Positions 12,780 to 27,660 of a stretch of DNA of 64,000 nucleotides are shown here, one piece after another. The stretch lies in assembly GCA_951406725.2 (NCBI GenBank), contig OX597822.1, positions 86,800,001-86,864,000 on the forward strand. Direction: 5' to 3'. The notes beneath the pieces are model-generated. The model searched no databases. It had not been told where the DNA came from and saw nothing but the letters and a program-made list of their open reading frames with translations. The DNA comes from Octopus vulgaris (taxonomy: Eukaryota). The position numbers were made by a program, and so were the translations under genes. The stretch's first letter is position 1, and each line of letters starts with the position of its first letter.

Positions 12780-13420
12780 GTCTATTCGACTGAGATGATG
12801 GATCAGAAACCTTCAGTTTTTATCTAATGCAAAATATTGCTCGGTGTATGGAACTTTTAAAACTGTTTCACCATTAATCAGTTTTATACAACACACGTTA
12901 CCACGAACGGTAACGATTTACGTCTTGTCTGTGTCTCAATAGTCAGAAGAACTGATGAGAGTAACATCAAATTTGTCTCAGAACTGGAATCCATAGATCT
13001 CACGTTATTACCAAACATAATTGCAATAGATTTTGAGCTAGCAACAATTAATGGTATTGGAACAATTTTCTTAAAGTAAACGAAAAGAAAAAAAAAAATC
13101 TCCCTGCTCGATCTTTCTCAATATTTCCCTCCATTCAGAAAAGAGTTTGCAACAAAAATATTAAATAAATTTGCGTTGAAGATTCTCATCATTGCTGTCA
13201 TTGCATTTGTTTTAAACGTACTTCTTTCTTTTAAATAATTATGCGACAAAACGGGTTCCCCGATGGCGGTCAACAAGGAGGAAGGCTATTCAGAGTGGAC
13301 ACCCAGATCTTCGGCTCAAATCCCAATCTCCACAGTTTGTTTTTGAGGCAGTTTTGCAAGGTGCATCATTGACAAACAATTGTAAAGATTCTCATCAGTC
13401 ATTCAACAAATTGATTAAGG
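12780..13420 (+). mobile_element. Decayed MULE (Mutator-like) transposase relic
   Basis: Manual translation gives NLQFLSNAKYCSVYGTFKTV (DGTF-like), PNIIAIDFELATING, TNNCKDSHQSFN. Confidence 0.65.
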
Positions 13421-13529
13421 AACTTTTAGAAATTTTGGAAAAAAATAAATAAATAAACAGTTGAAAAACGGACACTGGAAAAACGAAGAAATACTATAAG
13501 AGAAAATCAGTGGAGCAGAAATTCCATAT

Positions 13530-13729
13530 TTATCTGTTCGTGTTTCAGTCACTAGACTGCGACCATACTGGGGCACTGCTTTGAAGAATTTTTGTCGAAC
13601 AAGTCGACCCCAAGACTTATTTTTCATTTTTAAGTCTAATACTTATTCTATCGACCTCTTTTGCCGAACGTCTAGTTTACGGGAACGTTAACACAGAAAC
13701 ACCGGTTGTCAAGCGGTGATCAAACACAC

Positions 13730-13778
<49 letters not shown>

Positions 13779-13960
13779 CATACACGCACGCAACATACAC
13801 GCACACGCAAACATATACATATATACGCCGGGCTTCTTTTAGTTTCCATCACAAGGCTATGGTAAGCCCAGAACTATAGAAGACACTTGCCCAAGGTACC
13901 ACCACAGTGGGACTGAACCTGAAACCATGTGGTTGGTAACCAAACGTCATACCACACTAC
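13530..13960 (-). mobile_element. tRNA-derived SINE with CORE-like CTTGGGCAAGT segment and internal (GT)n
   Basis: Minus-strand head GTGTGGT...GGTTCAGTCCCACTG..CCTTGGGCAAGTGTCTTCTA; homologous to 51215-51603. Confidence 0.8.
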
Positions 13961-14228
13961 TACTGCGGAAAAAAGAATACAGCGAGAATGCAGCACATTC
14001 TCAATTATTATGAAACTCACGAAATAATGGGTTAGAAAGCTTTTTTTTTATAATTTCCTAGTCTTATCTCTTGTGTTATCTTTGCGTGGTATTTTTTGTG
14101 CTTCTATTTTGAAAATAGCTTTGGTTTAGTTTTTATGTTTAATATATTCAGTAAATTTAATTTCAAAATTGTTTTATCTTCCGATGTTTACTCACCAAAT
14201 AAAAACGTTATATATACATACATACATG

Positions 14229-14354
<126 letters not shown>

Positions 14355-14437
14355 ATACTACCGATAGTACTGGGTAATTCTGAAGGTGGACGAACTTTAA
14401 ACTATACTCTATCACATTCCTAATGGAATATAACTAC

Positions 14438-14561
<124 letters not shown>

Positions 14562-14566
14562 TAATA

Positions 14567-14624
<58 letters not shown>

Positions 14625-14937
14625 ATTTTTCCTCATGATTTTTATCCTGGTTTGTCAGAAGAAATCTTTAGGTATTGATACTAACACATTTGGATTACTT
14701 GTAGCAATAACCAACTACAATTTGAAACAAAAATCTCTCTGCTTTACTCATTCGCATAAACTATAATATTCAGAATTGCTCGCTCGATTGAAGAAAAATA
14801 TAAAAAGATACAGATGGTTATTGAAAATCAAGGTGTTCCCAAGCAAAAGAAAAAAAAAGTTGGTTAAAGGAAATTTCCAGGGGCTGGGAGAAACAGTGGG
14901 GCCGTTTACATAATAATTGATAATATTTGGTCTTATT

Positions 14938-15148
14938 AAGGCGGCGAGCTGGCAGAATGGTTAGCACACCGGCTTAGCGGCACTTCGTCCCGCTTGACGT
15001 TCTGAGTTCAAATTCTGTCGCGGTCGACTTCGTCTTTCATCCTTTCTAGGTCGATAAAATAAGGTACCAGTTGCATACTAGGGTCGATGCAATCAGCTTT
15101 CCCCTCCTGCGAAATTGCTGGCCTTGTGTCGAAATTTGAAGTCAATTT
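14938..15148 (+). mobile_element. SINE family A (tRNA-like head; central CTTTCATCCTTTC..GGTCGATAAA..AGTACCAG domain resembling the Meta-SINE core)
   Basis: GGCGGCGAGCTGGCAGAA head, GAGTTCAAATTC B-box; many homologs in the window. Confidence 0.88.
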
Positions 15149-15619
15149 TAAGTCATATAAGACATGTTTTACATGAGAAATAGAGACAGACCGCAGAGTT
15201 TGGACAACTCCACTCGTGTCTCTGACACTTCCCCAAAATTACGAGAAGGGCTTCTATAACTGATCGAGACATCCCTCTTACTCCAGTTTTGTTTTTTATC
15301 TTTTATTCTGTCTTCATCAACTTAGAGAACTGGTGAATTTTTGACAACCATTCATAATTCCTCTTTCACACACACACGGGCACAAACGCAGTGACTTTTG
15401 GATTAAGCAACAACGAATTCTTACGCTGTTTCACGAACATGCAATTCGATCTACAGTCAAGCGCCTTCTTATGACTAACATAAACATTCAACTAAACTGC
15501 TCAGGATATTCTGACACGATTAAAAAAAAATGACAATGATCTACTTAGAAAAATAAATGAAACTAGACATAGGTTTAGCTTCATTTCGAAACCTTAGTGT
15601 TGTACTTGACAATACATGG

Positions 15620-15789
15620 AAGGTGGCGAGTTGGCTGAATCGTTAGCACACCGGGCAAAATGCTTGGCGGCATTTCGTCCGGCATAACGTCTGAGTACAA
15701 ATTCCTCCGCAGAGTCGAGCACTAGGGAGTCGATGTAATTGACTTACATCTTCGAAATTACTGGCCTTGTGTCAAAATTTGACACTAAT
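15620..15789 (+). mobile_element. SINE family A, internally deleted
   Basis: Head and tail match 14938-15148. Confidence 0.8.
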
Positions 15790-15973
15790 ATCCATTCCAC
15801 ATGATGTGGGTCTTCAGGCCTTGCATAATATTTCCATTGGTCCGGTTTCGTGCATGATACAAGTATGTATTTGTACATATATTTACACACACACACACAC
15901 ACACACACAAACGCACACACGCAGGTATGTATGTACGGACGTACGTATGCATGTATGCATGCGTATATGTATG

Positions 15974-16160
15974 TACGAGGGGTGGGGTCGCGAAAAGCCC
16001 ACCCTTCCGAGTTCTTTTACATGGTATAGAAAAGCTGAAGTACAGCTGCAATAAATGTGAGAATCTGAGAATGGAATATGTTGAATAAAATCATAATTAT
16101 CTGATTCTTCTGTATTTTCTTTTACCCAAAGCCAGGAAATTTTCAGCCCCACCACTCGTA
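15974..16160 (-). mobile_element. Mariner-derived MITE
   Basis: TACGAG...CTCGTA ends; homologous in reverse orientation to 47949-48167. Confidence 0.75.
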
Positions 16161-16532
16161 TGTGTGTGTGAGTGTGTGTGTATGCATAGATACATAATGA
16201 AATAGATAAACACATATTTATAAGATGTAAAGGCATAGATATTATTAAGAAAATGCCATATTGAAATTGAAGAGCATGCATATATATATTTAAATTTTTG
16301 CAGGAAGTGGTCCACTTCCGGTTGGCATTCACGATTTATTCATGTGTTTTTTGTGTTTGTGTGCCATGTATGTGCATGTGTATGCACAGATGTTATATAT
16401 ACTCGCGTGCACCACGCCCCCTTCCCATAAACACACGCATTTGGCGATGGTTGGCATCTCGATTTCGAGCACAACTACTTTCTCATTGCTTTCTTCTATG
16501 TGGAGGTTTGTCTACCTCTGTAAATGTATATG

Positions 16533-16570
<38 letters not shown>

Positions 16571-16573
<3 letters not shown>

Positions 16574-16690
16574 TCTGTAAAAAACATAAATCCGAAAGAA
16601 GAAGCACATTCTAAGATATAGAGCAGGATATATTAAAAATGGCGAAGCCCGGTTTATCTTAGGCTTCCCGTCCATAAACCGGACCTTCTC

Positions 16691-16692
<2 letters not shown>
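16571..16692 (-). mobile_element. Solo 3'-terminal fragment of the 7.7-9.8 kb Penelope family, including the 3' half of its HHR
   Basis: Reverse complement reads TTTATGGACGGGAAGCCTAAGATAAACC...CGGATTTATG...ACGA, matching 8274-8384; (TA)n on both sides. Confidence 0.72.
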
Positions 16693-16745
<53 letters not shown>

Positions 16746-17576
16746 TGATAGATAGATAGATATATTGAGTGTGTGTATGTAGATATATATATATATATAT
16801 ATATGTAAATATCAATATATATGTGCGTATGTGTATATGTATAAACGTATCTAAATATATATATATATATATGTGTTAGTGTAATATATATATATATATG
16901 TATGCATGTGTATTTATACATGTATATTATTATGTATATGTAATTTTCCGTTTCATAAATGCCACATATATCTTTGTTATCAATATGTTTAGCGTTTAAC
17001 AAATTTGTTAAAATCGGAGTTAATTAACGGAGATTTATATCATCAACACAATTAATCTCGCCTTAACATTTCAGTATGTTGTCTTATTTTCTCAGCAACT
17101 CTGTTTTCGCCATGTTAGCACAACATCGTAGCAAACATCCATGCTTCTCACTACTTTAGAAATTAGAGTTTAGAACATAAGAACCTCTACAACATGGAAT
17201 GTTTTTACCATCTTTTCAAACCCCATCACTTTCGTTATTTTGCTCCTACACGCTTTTCAATTTCCCATTTTCTTACCACGCCTGAGCCTCAAACATGAAG
17301 TGCAATTTTTTGGGGAGAACAATTACATTTATACTTTATATATATATATATATAGAGAGAGATAGATAGAGAGGGAGAGAGAGAGAGAGAGAAAAGTTTA
17401 CAGATAACAATCCAAAATAATAAACCGAATATATATACATATAAATTACACTTCATGTTTGAAGCTTAGATGAAGCTGTAAGATGTTACTCAGGCACTCA
17501 ACTATGAATCCACTGCATCTTACAGAAGAAAAAATGAAATTCGACAATTATTTTTTCCTTTGTCATCTCATTTTTG

Positions 17577-17660
<84 letters not shown>

Positions 17661-17664
<4 letters not shown>

Positions 17665-17970
17665 CGTGATCACCGTGACCGACCAGGCTATCAGATGTTG
17701 CTACACATCGCTGGTCACAATGCGCTTCGCATTGTTTTAGCCTTCAAATGACGCCACCCCGCTGGCTAAGCGAGCAGGCCAACAGAAGAGAGAGTGAGAG
17801 AAAGTTGTGGCGAAAGAGTACAGCAGGGTTCGCCACCAACCCCTGCCGGAGCCTCGTGGAGCTTTAGGTGTTTTCGCTCAATAAACACTCACAACGCCCG
17901 GTCTGGGAATCGAAACCGCGATCCTACGACCGCAAATCCGCTGCCCTAACCACTGGGCCATTGCGCCTCC
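17661..17970 (-). mobile_element. Full-length tRNA-derived SINE (octopus OR-type-like) with RTE-derived tail
   Basis: A-box TGGCCCAGTGG, B-box GTTTCGATTCC; tail CTGGTCGGTCACGGTGATCACGGTGA resembles the RTE 3' end at 5714-5739. Confidence 0.88.
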
Positions 17971-18329
17971 ACACACACACACGCACACACACATGCACAT
18001 ACACACACACACACACACAAACACACACAAATACACACATACACATATATAATTTATATATGCAAAATCTAAAGTTATGTAACAAACCGCTATATTTTTC
18101 AATGTTCGATCTTATTAAACGATCTTACGTTCGCCGAGATCATTTGAGAGAAACAACGCGGTTTTATTTTTAACGAAAGAATAAGATTAATTTATCTGCT
18201 GAAAATATATCCGGACATGTTCTTGAACAGTTGCAACTCTATCATCTAGTTCACCTTCCTGCATCCCATCACTCGTGAATACTTCTCCACTTTTCTCAGT
18301 GATGCTTTACTAACAGGCAGAGTGCACTG

Positions 18330-18745
18330 GGAATGCTTTCTTAAGAGGCCCAATGTCTCAGTCTTTGCGGTGCTCATTCTCATCCATGTCTTTCAGCACT
18401 AGCCAATGAACCCAATCAGTGCATATTGGAAATCATCTTCTGGTGAGCCAAGTAGCACCATGTTATCTGCAAATATCTGCCAATTGATCCTACATTCCCC
18501 AGATTTGATACCAATTCCTCAAAGGCTGTGCATCTCATAAAAATTATGAAAAAGAGAGGTGACTATATGCACCCTTTCCCAAGTTCAACACTGACATCGA
18601 AAGGTTTCGACTTAACACCGTTTCCTTGGACAGAAGTATCTGGGAATTTGTATAGGGACTTCACAGCAACCAGAAGTTGCTCATTAACCTTAAACTTCTG
18701 CGAATTCTCCACGCATTTATACGCCTTTTCGAGGTCTAAAAAACA
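18330..18745 (-). mobile_element. Old RTE-group LINE RT fragment
   Basis: CFLDLEKAY, KSLY..., SKPFDVSVELGKGC, SPLFFIIFM, IFADNMVLL. Confidence 0.8.
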
Positions 18746-19484
18746 ATCACGCACGCACGTATTGTTAGGTCACTCATTGCACTGTCATTGGTTAAAACAA
18801 GGACGGCAAAAGGCTGCGTCGTAGACAAGAATGAGACAACAATATATTATATGCGTTTCCATTTATCATTTTAAATGGTTTATGCATTACATATGTACAA
18901 GTAAATTAATGTTAAAAAACATTTCTACAAGAATGTGTGTGATACTTGAAGCTTTGCAGTATGGAAGATAAATATAATGATTGGTTAATACTGTTATGTG
19001 GCATATGTACATTATTATTGTAAACAGAATAAAGTAGATAATTATATAGAAAGACGCTGGTATGCATATAAGTATATATGAATGTCTACATTACAGTACC
19101 GGATTGATTTCTTTGGCAAACATTGTATATAGAATATGGTATACAAGAACAAGTAGAAAGAAGTGAGAGCAAATTTATTGGAACAAAACGCCAGAGTTCC
19201 ATATAGAGTTTACAGTAACTCGTAGGTTCGAAAATCTAGCCCTTTAGAGTTCAAGACAAAACTTCTGGAACCTTCGGAAATGCAATTTTACACACGTCTT
19301 TTTTTTTTTTATGTCGCCGACGTTAATTGCTACATGCCAGCCGATACTGATCGGATGATAAAAATTTACGTGAGCGCTCATGCCATATAATTATATATGG
19401 CCATATAATTATATAATTAGGCTGGGATTCTATACTTGAAATCTAAGCTAAGCGGTTCGAACAGAAGCAGAAACCTGCCACAGA

Positions 19485-19537
<53 letters not shown>

Positions 19538-19609
19538 CACACATTAATCTGAAGGGCTACTCCATAATTTTGTAGAGTAGAAATTTATTATTTAACAAAA
19601 ATAGTATTG

Positions 19610-19654
19610 ACAGTGACTTCGAAGTTTCGACCAGTTAAGCTATCATTTAACTGC
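19610..19654 (-). ncRNA. Degenerate minimal hammerhead with palindromic stem III
   Basis: Minus strand reads GCAGT-TAAATGA-...GGTC-GAAAC-TTCGAA-GTC-ACTGT; stem I, GAAA, palindrome ACTTCGAAGT and GUC are intact, but CTGA is mutated. Confidence 0.55.
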
Positions 19655-19767
19655 AATGTATGAAGTTAGTCTTGGCTTCATATTGATTCTGCTGAGATAA
19701 AAATTTTTCTCGAGTTTGTGGGGTTCAGTTGAATGTGATGGAGAGAAATTTTTATTAAATTTGTGAA

Positions 19768-19851
<84 letters not shown>

Positions 19852-19852
19852 G

Positions 19853-19883
<31 letters not shown>

Positions 19884-20733
19884 AGTTAAAGCCAATCCAG
19901 TAATCTGTTGCTCTGGACTTTCCCCAGCGCGCTGCCGTCTGACAAGAATGTATGTATGTATGTATGTATGTATGTATGTATGTATGTATGTATGTATGAA
20001 AGTGAGTGAAGTAGATGGATAGACAGATAGATATATGCCTCTGTACACGCCCACACACAGAGTGGGTGGCTTAATTTGTTTAACGAATCAGTTGATCGCT
20101 TAGACATTATGGATTGTTAATTAAAATGGGCTATAGTTTCCTGTTCGGGTGGATGAAGTGAGCTGTCTTGATGTTTATTTAATCCTAGTGAATATCCTGT
20201 CTAATGTGACATCTAGTAGAAGGGAGGCAGACAGTGGCAAGAGTTGGTTTTTCTCTTTTAAAAATATTTCTACGTTAATTTTATTTCTAATTTTTCTAGT
20301 TAATGCTGCAATTTTGATTAAACTTTTAACTAATGAAAGGAAATCTTTCCTATGAATTTTCGAATGGTTTAGAACGACGGCGACAAGAACCAGAGACAAG
20401 CCATGAAAAGAGACCCCCGCGTAGTCACGTGACTTGCTAAGATGTCAGCCAACTGTCTCCCCTATAACAAAAACTCTGCAATCTTGGGAAAAGCAAACAT
20501 TAATTATTGTGGTTCAGGGAGAAATGTGTCTCAGAAGGAGACGGGATGATCTCGTCGGGAATAGCTTTAATCGAGGGTAACCTGGAACTGGATAACATGA
20601 ACGATAATGAGCATTAAAATAAAAAAAAAAGACTTGAGAAGATGGCGATGAGGATGAAACAACACTGAGCAACAGCCACAGAGAGCGACAAACAAGAACA
20701 CCAAAAACAATAGAAGTCGCTGTTATTGGGGTA

Positions 20734-20873
<140 letters not shown>

Positions 20874-23040
20874 AAGCCAACATATACGAGATGACTGAGA
20901 GATAAAACTAAATAAAACCGAAGTGGTTGAATACGCATAATACCAGATCGATAGCTCAGGGTCCACCAGTGGAGGGCACTTTACTTTACAGCTCAACCTT
21001 GTTTAACAGGCTATAGAATTTAAGTGCATATAATTTGGATAAGTTATCTCTAATTGACAAATTCCAAGAATTGACCAAAGTTATTGATCACTCATTCTCC
21101 TAAGACCGTTCCTGATGTGATTAATTCTTAAGGTGTTGGGGAACACACCAAAGGATACGGTTTATTCTCAGATGCGTATCTCTGCAAAAATCACTGAAAT
21201 GTCTTTAATTTAAATCGAAGCTGCATCGCAAACTCGACTTAATGCGAATTCACCTCTTTATGGGCGCCCTTAACATCCTTCTTGAAGATAGTGAAGCAAG
21301 GAAGGTGCCTCTACATGATTTCTCGACCTCAAGTCCTGCTTGATCATTTCTAAAAAGAAGACACACTGGGTAATACAATTCCATCTACACCTGAAGATTA
21401 TGGTCTGTTCATGGCTGGAACGTCTTTTCATTCAGAGATGACTTCAAACTAAATGGCAACCATAAATTATTTTCTAAAGTCAGCTATGTGGCAATGCAAC
21501 AACAAGCTTTGCCTCCATGAATAAAGCAAAAGCGCGCTTTCTCAGCGGTAACCCTGCATTGACTTTTCTCTTATAGGTGATCTAATTTAAATTGTTAAAA
21601 GACAATAAATAAAATAGAAAATGTCACAAATTCTTGTTATTTATTAGCTGCGGGTGTTACTCATCCGTTTCTATTTCTACCAATCGTGACACCAATTCTG
21701 TCAGCAGTCAACTTCCTGTAACAAGAGACAACGATGTACATCAGATGAGAAGTAGAAATTTAATTAATAATTAATTTCTCAGAAAAAATAGAAATTAATA
21801 CATGTATCTCTATAATTATTTCACACGTAAAACACTTCACATTTATTAAGGAAATTGAATGAGGTCATGTGTTGTTCATGCCATTCTCAAAAGCGTCAAT
21901 AGCTTAAGTGAAAATTAATATATTTGGTAACCTCGGCGACGCAATTCACTTTACTTCTCATACTCTTTTCTATTAAGTACAACAGTTTACTCTCTCTTCC
22001 TATCTCTTTCTCTCTCTCTCCCTCCCTCTCTCTTTCTCTCACCTCCCTCTTTTCCCCTCTCCCTCTATCTTTCTTTTCCTCCCCCTGTCAGTGTACATGC
22101 AATTCGTTATTCAACGTATAATCTATGGTAAAGATTCCAGTGAAACTCCAGTATTCTGTAATGCATTTATAAAAAAGGGATTTTGCCTTCAATCAGCTGC
22201 ACTAATCTTTGGTATACAACCAAGGTTTTAATGTTTACATTAAGATTCAATTTAAAGACTCGTTCAACAGTTGTCCGCTATATCAGTGAATATTTCCTAC
22301 TTATGGAAGGGGACAAATTTCATCCGGGAATGTGACGATCAGGTGCATATGAATGACTAGGTCCAAGGAAACCGAAATGTATCTGGCATTCTCGAGGGTT
22401 TCTGCTAGGGAGATGTTCTCGCTCCGATATGTATTGTATTTTTAACACAGCATATCAAAGAAATGATCTTCCCTCAGACAAAAACCACACCATCATGCCC
22501 TCCCCCCAACAGTGCGTAAAAGGCGAATGCAAACTAATTAATTTAAAAAAACCCCTGAAAAGTGAGATCATCCAAAATTGTGAACATAAAAACTGATGAT
22601 TTCTTTGTTCCTGCTTTTTAATCGTGTCTTAATCCAAACATAGAACTGCAATCTGGAGATTTTGTCTGTGGATTCAAGGGATTCTCAGGTTTTGCTTTAA
22701 TGGACAAAATAGAACCGAATCTAGTGCGTTCTTATGTTACAAATGAAATGAGGAAACGGTTTCTGGCCATAATCTTTTTAAATGTGAAATCTATAGACAG
22801 AGGATAATAAAATCCTTGATGTGGTTAACAAAATAGTTATTTGAAAGAATTAAATTTTATTGCAAAAAAACGAGTTATATAAGAACTTCCGTGCCAGGTG
22901 TCTTATTTTACCAGTTGATGTTGAATATGAATCTCAAACGGTTTTGATGAAATCGCTCAAGCAACTTCAGATGGATACGCTGTGCTGGTCATATTTCGGA
23001 AGAGAGCATAATGCATAATTACACACACACACACACATAT

Positions 23041-23109
<69 letters not shown>

Positions 23110-23112
<3 letters not shown>

Positions 23113-23270
23113 TGCTTGGACAGGTGCACGATGTATTACAGGTCAGGTAACGACGCAGAATAACGGGAGCTGAAGTGTCTTGCTCAAGAACACGACGCCC
23201 CACCCGGTCCAGAAATTGAACGCAATATCTCGTGATGGTGAGTGCAACACCCCAAACCACCCTAGCCATC
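23110..23270 (-). mobile_element. Degenerate tRNA-headed SINE
   Basis: TGGCTAGGGTGG A-box-like, GTTCAATTTC B-box-like, CTTGAGCAAGACACTT core-like. Confidence 0.55.
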
Positions 23271-23848
23271 GTATCTCACCGTCTTCGTTCTCCCTCTTTC
23301 TCCCAATTTGTCTGTCTGTCTGTCTGTCTCTGTTTATCAGTTTACTATTTGCATATGTAGGAATGTGTATCGTGTATGTGCTTGTGTGTGTGTTTATGTG
23401 ATTGTGTGTGTGCTTGTGTATGTGTGTGTGCTTGTGTGTGAGCGTGTGTTTGTAAATTAAAAAACCTAAGAATAGTGAGAAAGAGAAACGTAGAGTGGGC
23501 TGGGGGGAGGACAAAGACGAAGGGAGATAATAACCGATGTCATCTTGTACCAGCGCACACACACACATACATACACACACATACACACACATACACTCAC
23601 ATACATACACACATACATACACATACATACACACACATACATACACACACATACATACACATACATACACACACATACACACACATGCATACACACACAT
23701 ACATACACACATACACACACATGCATACACACACATACACACACACACATACACACACATACACACATCTGTGCATATGTACTAGAAAATGCATACACCC
23801 TTCTTCAAGATTATCGATAATCAACAACCACTTCCACTTTGATGCACA

Positions 23849-23910
<62 letters not shown>

Positions 23911-24562
23911 AGAGCCACTTATGAGAAACTAACATAAAAATAACAAGATGACGATGATGATGATAACACATAGAAAATAAAATAAGTAGAGCAGATGCCA
24001 ATCAGTGCATAGTGTGATGTCTTTGTACTCCAAGCTACACAACGCCGTCTCTTTACCAGAAGTTTCTTTCAAACTTCTTTTGCTGCTCTTGTTGTGTCAT
24101 CAAAAAAACAACAAAAAAAAAGAAAGAAAGAAAAGGAAACAAAGAAAACAACACCGAAATTGAAGAAGAAACAAAAATAGAATAAAAGAAGAAGCGCGAA
24201 CGCGGCTGTTTATTTTCTCTCCCCCATGACCATTCGATGGGTCAAACACGTCCATTTTTAACATCTGGTTGTGCTGCGTTGTTTTCTAACGGGATGTCCA
24301 ATTCTAACTTGACACTGTTGTTCCTAGTTTTTTTTCGTTATGAGGAATTCGCAGATGAGTTTTTCGAAAACAAAAACAGAAAATGACTTTAATTGAACTC
24401 TTTACCACTCCTCCCACTGCCCTCCTCCCCTCCCTCCTCCGCATCCTTACACACATCAACGCATACATACATCTCTCCTGGCAGTAGTCGTCATCCGTCT
24501 GTTTTGTTCGTAGCTTCTCCCATCTGTTGCAAACCTACAACTGCAACTCAGAACAACGATGC

Positions 24563-24642
<80 letters not shown>

Positions 24643-25559
24643 CCTACATGCATGCTTGTACACATACAAACATAGATGAATGTGTTGTATGTGCGTATGT
24701 AAATATATGTTCACATATCTGAGTGTGTTTGTGTATGCATTTGTGTGTGTACGTTCGTGTGTTCGTTTGTATATGTGTGTATGAGAGAATGGCATGGACA
24801 TTTGGTTAACTTCGCAGTTCTCATGTCTTGAGTTCGATCTCATTGCAAGACATATGAGGCAAGTGTCTCTTACTACAAGCAAGGGTCGACCCTGGCGTTG
24901 TCAATGCAATTGGGAGATTGAGAAGAGTGGAACGGAGGAAGAGGGTCCTATGGACTTCGCTTGTAATTCAAACGCAGATAGTCGCATCGCAATGGGTTAT
25001 GCTCATTACATTAAAGGCACAATTGACTGCGGAATACCCGACCGCTTAAGTTATAATACAATGAATGAATATTTCTGCTAGTCGAACAACTAGAATACTA
25101 ATTGTCGAAGCCATCCCAGATGCATTTACTTTCATTTTATGTTTGCTTGTTTGTGAATATGTATGACATGTATATGTGTGTCATTCATTCTGTGACCACA
25201 GAGTTACAACTTTACTATTTAGAGGAGAGAAAGTGCCAGAAATAAAGTCTACGAAGGAGCAAGATCAACCTTTTAGTCAATTTAATCAATTAAAAAAAAA
25301 AAGAAGCAGTTAGACCTGATTTCTTTCGAGTTGTTTTCGAGTTTAAATGACTTTCGTAAAACCTCACAGTTCAGAACTATGAACCTATGTAATCCTCGTA
25401 AAACACCAAAGCAAAGCAACAAAAACAAAACGAAAATAAATGATTGGGTATTTGCAGCAACCTGAAACAGCTACAGAACGAAATCCTAATTTAACACAAC
25501 TGGGGAATTTCCCTCATCAGCTGGTTAATGGATATCATTAAAATTTCGACACCTAATGC

Positions 25560-26310
25560 AGTTTCACCACTTACGTGGGTGTCAAGAAACCTTAGAGAAA
25601 AAAGTCAAACGGTGTTTGGGAATATACAAATCAAACGTTTGTATCTGGTCCACAATAACATACATATTCCAAAAATTAACATTTATAAGACAATTAAAAC
25701 GTAAAATATAAATTCGCCTAAAATATGTTTCCAATGAGAAAAAAAAATTCCATCATTCTTCATACTTAATGTTCAGTGTTGTCCAAATTTCTGTCTTAGA
25801 AGTCCCAAAGCTCTTTGCAATAACAACTTCATCAAACAAATGATCAGTATTTATTACTTGTTTTCTAGCCCTTTGCTTGATCTTAACTTCAGACTACTCA
25901 ACACTCGGTCAAGATGTGTCTCCAAAATTTGACTACACAAAGTTGTCCGTCTGTTCAAAGTTCTACTTCCATAGATCTAGATACGAGACACAGCTTTCAT
26001 AATACCTCTAAAATTCTTCAAGTTTACTCAGGAAGGGCTTTGCATTTTGAGGCACAAATTCACGGTTTTCCTTTATATTATTAGATTTAACATTTCTTCT
26101 TTGATAGAGCTAATTTGTTGAAAAGGCTGAGCTGTTCATGTACAAATTATAAATACATCTCACTAAAATAATTTTCAACGTATTGTTCTATAACAATCAG
26201 CGCTTCGATATCAATTTGCAATAAATCAACAACTGAAGACAGTTATGCACAATGTGTGCAGCACGGTCAATACCAGCAAGGTCCCTTTCAAGTTTGGTTT
26301 TTAATCGGCT
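25560..26310 (-). mobile_element. Possible highly decayed hAT transposase relic
   Basis: Minus-strand peptides AAHIVHNCLQ, DLLQIDIEALIV (CxxH region) and INTDHLFDEV; heavily frameshifted. Confidence 0.45.
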
Positions 26311-27464
26311 AAATATGTTATTGTCTTTTCTCACAAAATTTGTCCCTGTTAGGTTTTCATCTCAAATTTAGCCGTTGGTACAATTCAATTTATAATTACG
26401 GCTTCATATTTTGTTCGCGCAAGACGAAACTTTGGTTCAAAACGTTTTGAGACTAATTTTGACAAACAGTCAGGTGTGTTGGAACTCAGTTTATGAGAAA
26501 TGGAATGAAAAGTAAAAGTGGATTTTTTAACTACAAAAAAAAAAAAGAAAAACTGCATTTCGATTATATCTAATCGTGTAACGAAACCCACATTTTGCAA
26601 TTGAAATTTCAAATAATCTTCGATATCTGCTCTGCCTACTTTCGCCACAAAGGGCTCTATATGACAGTGATTACATTTTATTCTGTTCTCTTATAAATTG
26701 TATTCTTGTGAGAATACTGTTGAGGCCAACAGTAGTAAGAATAACTGAAACCTAAATTCTAGGGTTTTGTAGAAAACGCTCATTTTTTTTTCATTTCTTT
26801 CGTAAATGATAACACTCTTTTCGACATTGTAAAAATATATGAAAAATGCTTTAGGAGAAACATGTATGAAATATCAAAGTAAAGTGAAATATGAAATATG
26901 TATCTCAAATGGTTTATTCTGGGAGATTCTAACACCAGGAGAAATACATTCAGCAAAATAGCAAGAAAAACAGACAGAATTGCTTGTTCATGAAACAATG
27001 AAAAAACTCATTGTTACTGAATTTAAAATGTCGTGTGTGTGTGTGTGTGTGTGTGCGTAAGGGAGAGGGGAAAAAGAGAGAAAGGGGCAGGTAAGTATAG
27101 TTGTCAAAATGCAGCAGTTATCCTGCAGTTCTTTGTGGCTTGGTTAAAAGACAAAAATAAAGAGAGATGTCTCGGTCGGTTGTCATCGGCAAGATGAACA
27201 AGTTCCTCTAACGATTTTGGTGAGACATCAGTTGAACTGTCCAAGCTCTGTAGTCTGCCTCTAATCTTTCGACCCCATGCAATTTCTAAGATATCGTTAA
27301 TGTATTCAAAAGGTGGCTGTTGTGAAATGAGATAGTAAAGCGCTAGACTCGATTGTTTACTTTATATAGTTCAATACGTTATTACTTTCAAGCGTAAATT
27401 TCGTTTGGGTCGATTTTTTCTCTTTCAGTGTCTCTTAAAATACATGTCGATATTATATTCCTAA

Positions 27465-27660
27465 TGTTAGCACTCCGGGAAAAATGCTTAGCGGCATTTC
27501 GTCTGTCTGCACGTTCTGAGTTCAAATTCCGCCGAGGTCAACTTTGCCTTTCATCCTTTCGGGAGTCGATAAATTAAGTACCAGTTGAACACTGGAGTCG
27601 ATGTAATTAACTAGCACCCTCCTCCCAAATTTCTGGCCCTGTGCCAAAATTTGAAACCAA
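27465..27660 (+). mobile_element. SINE family A, 5'-truncated, with 15-bp target-site duplication
   Basis: ATATTATATTCCTAA at 27450-27464 and 27660-27674. Confidence 0.9.

Noticed and set aside
12952-12990. CTGATGA-GAG...CTC-AGAAC hammerhead-like string
   Set aside because: It lacks GAAA and stems I and III, and lies within MULE coding relic sequence.
17900-17970. tRNA gene candidates here and at ~42715-42795
   Set aside because: A and B boxes are present but no closed acceptor stem; these are SINE heads.
24794-25081. 95-aa non-repetitive ORF as a host exon
   Set aside because: No recognisable domain or convincing splice context; it cannot be supported without homology or expression data.
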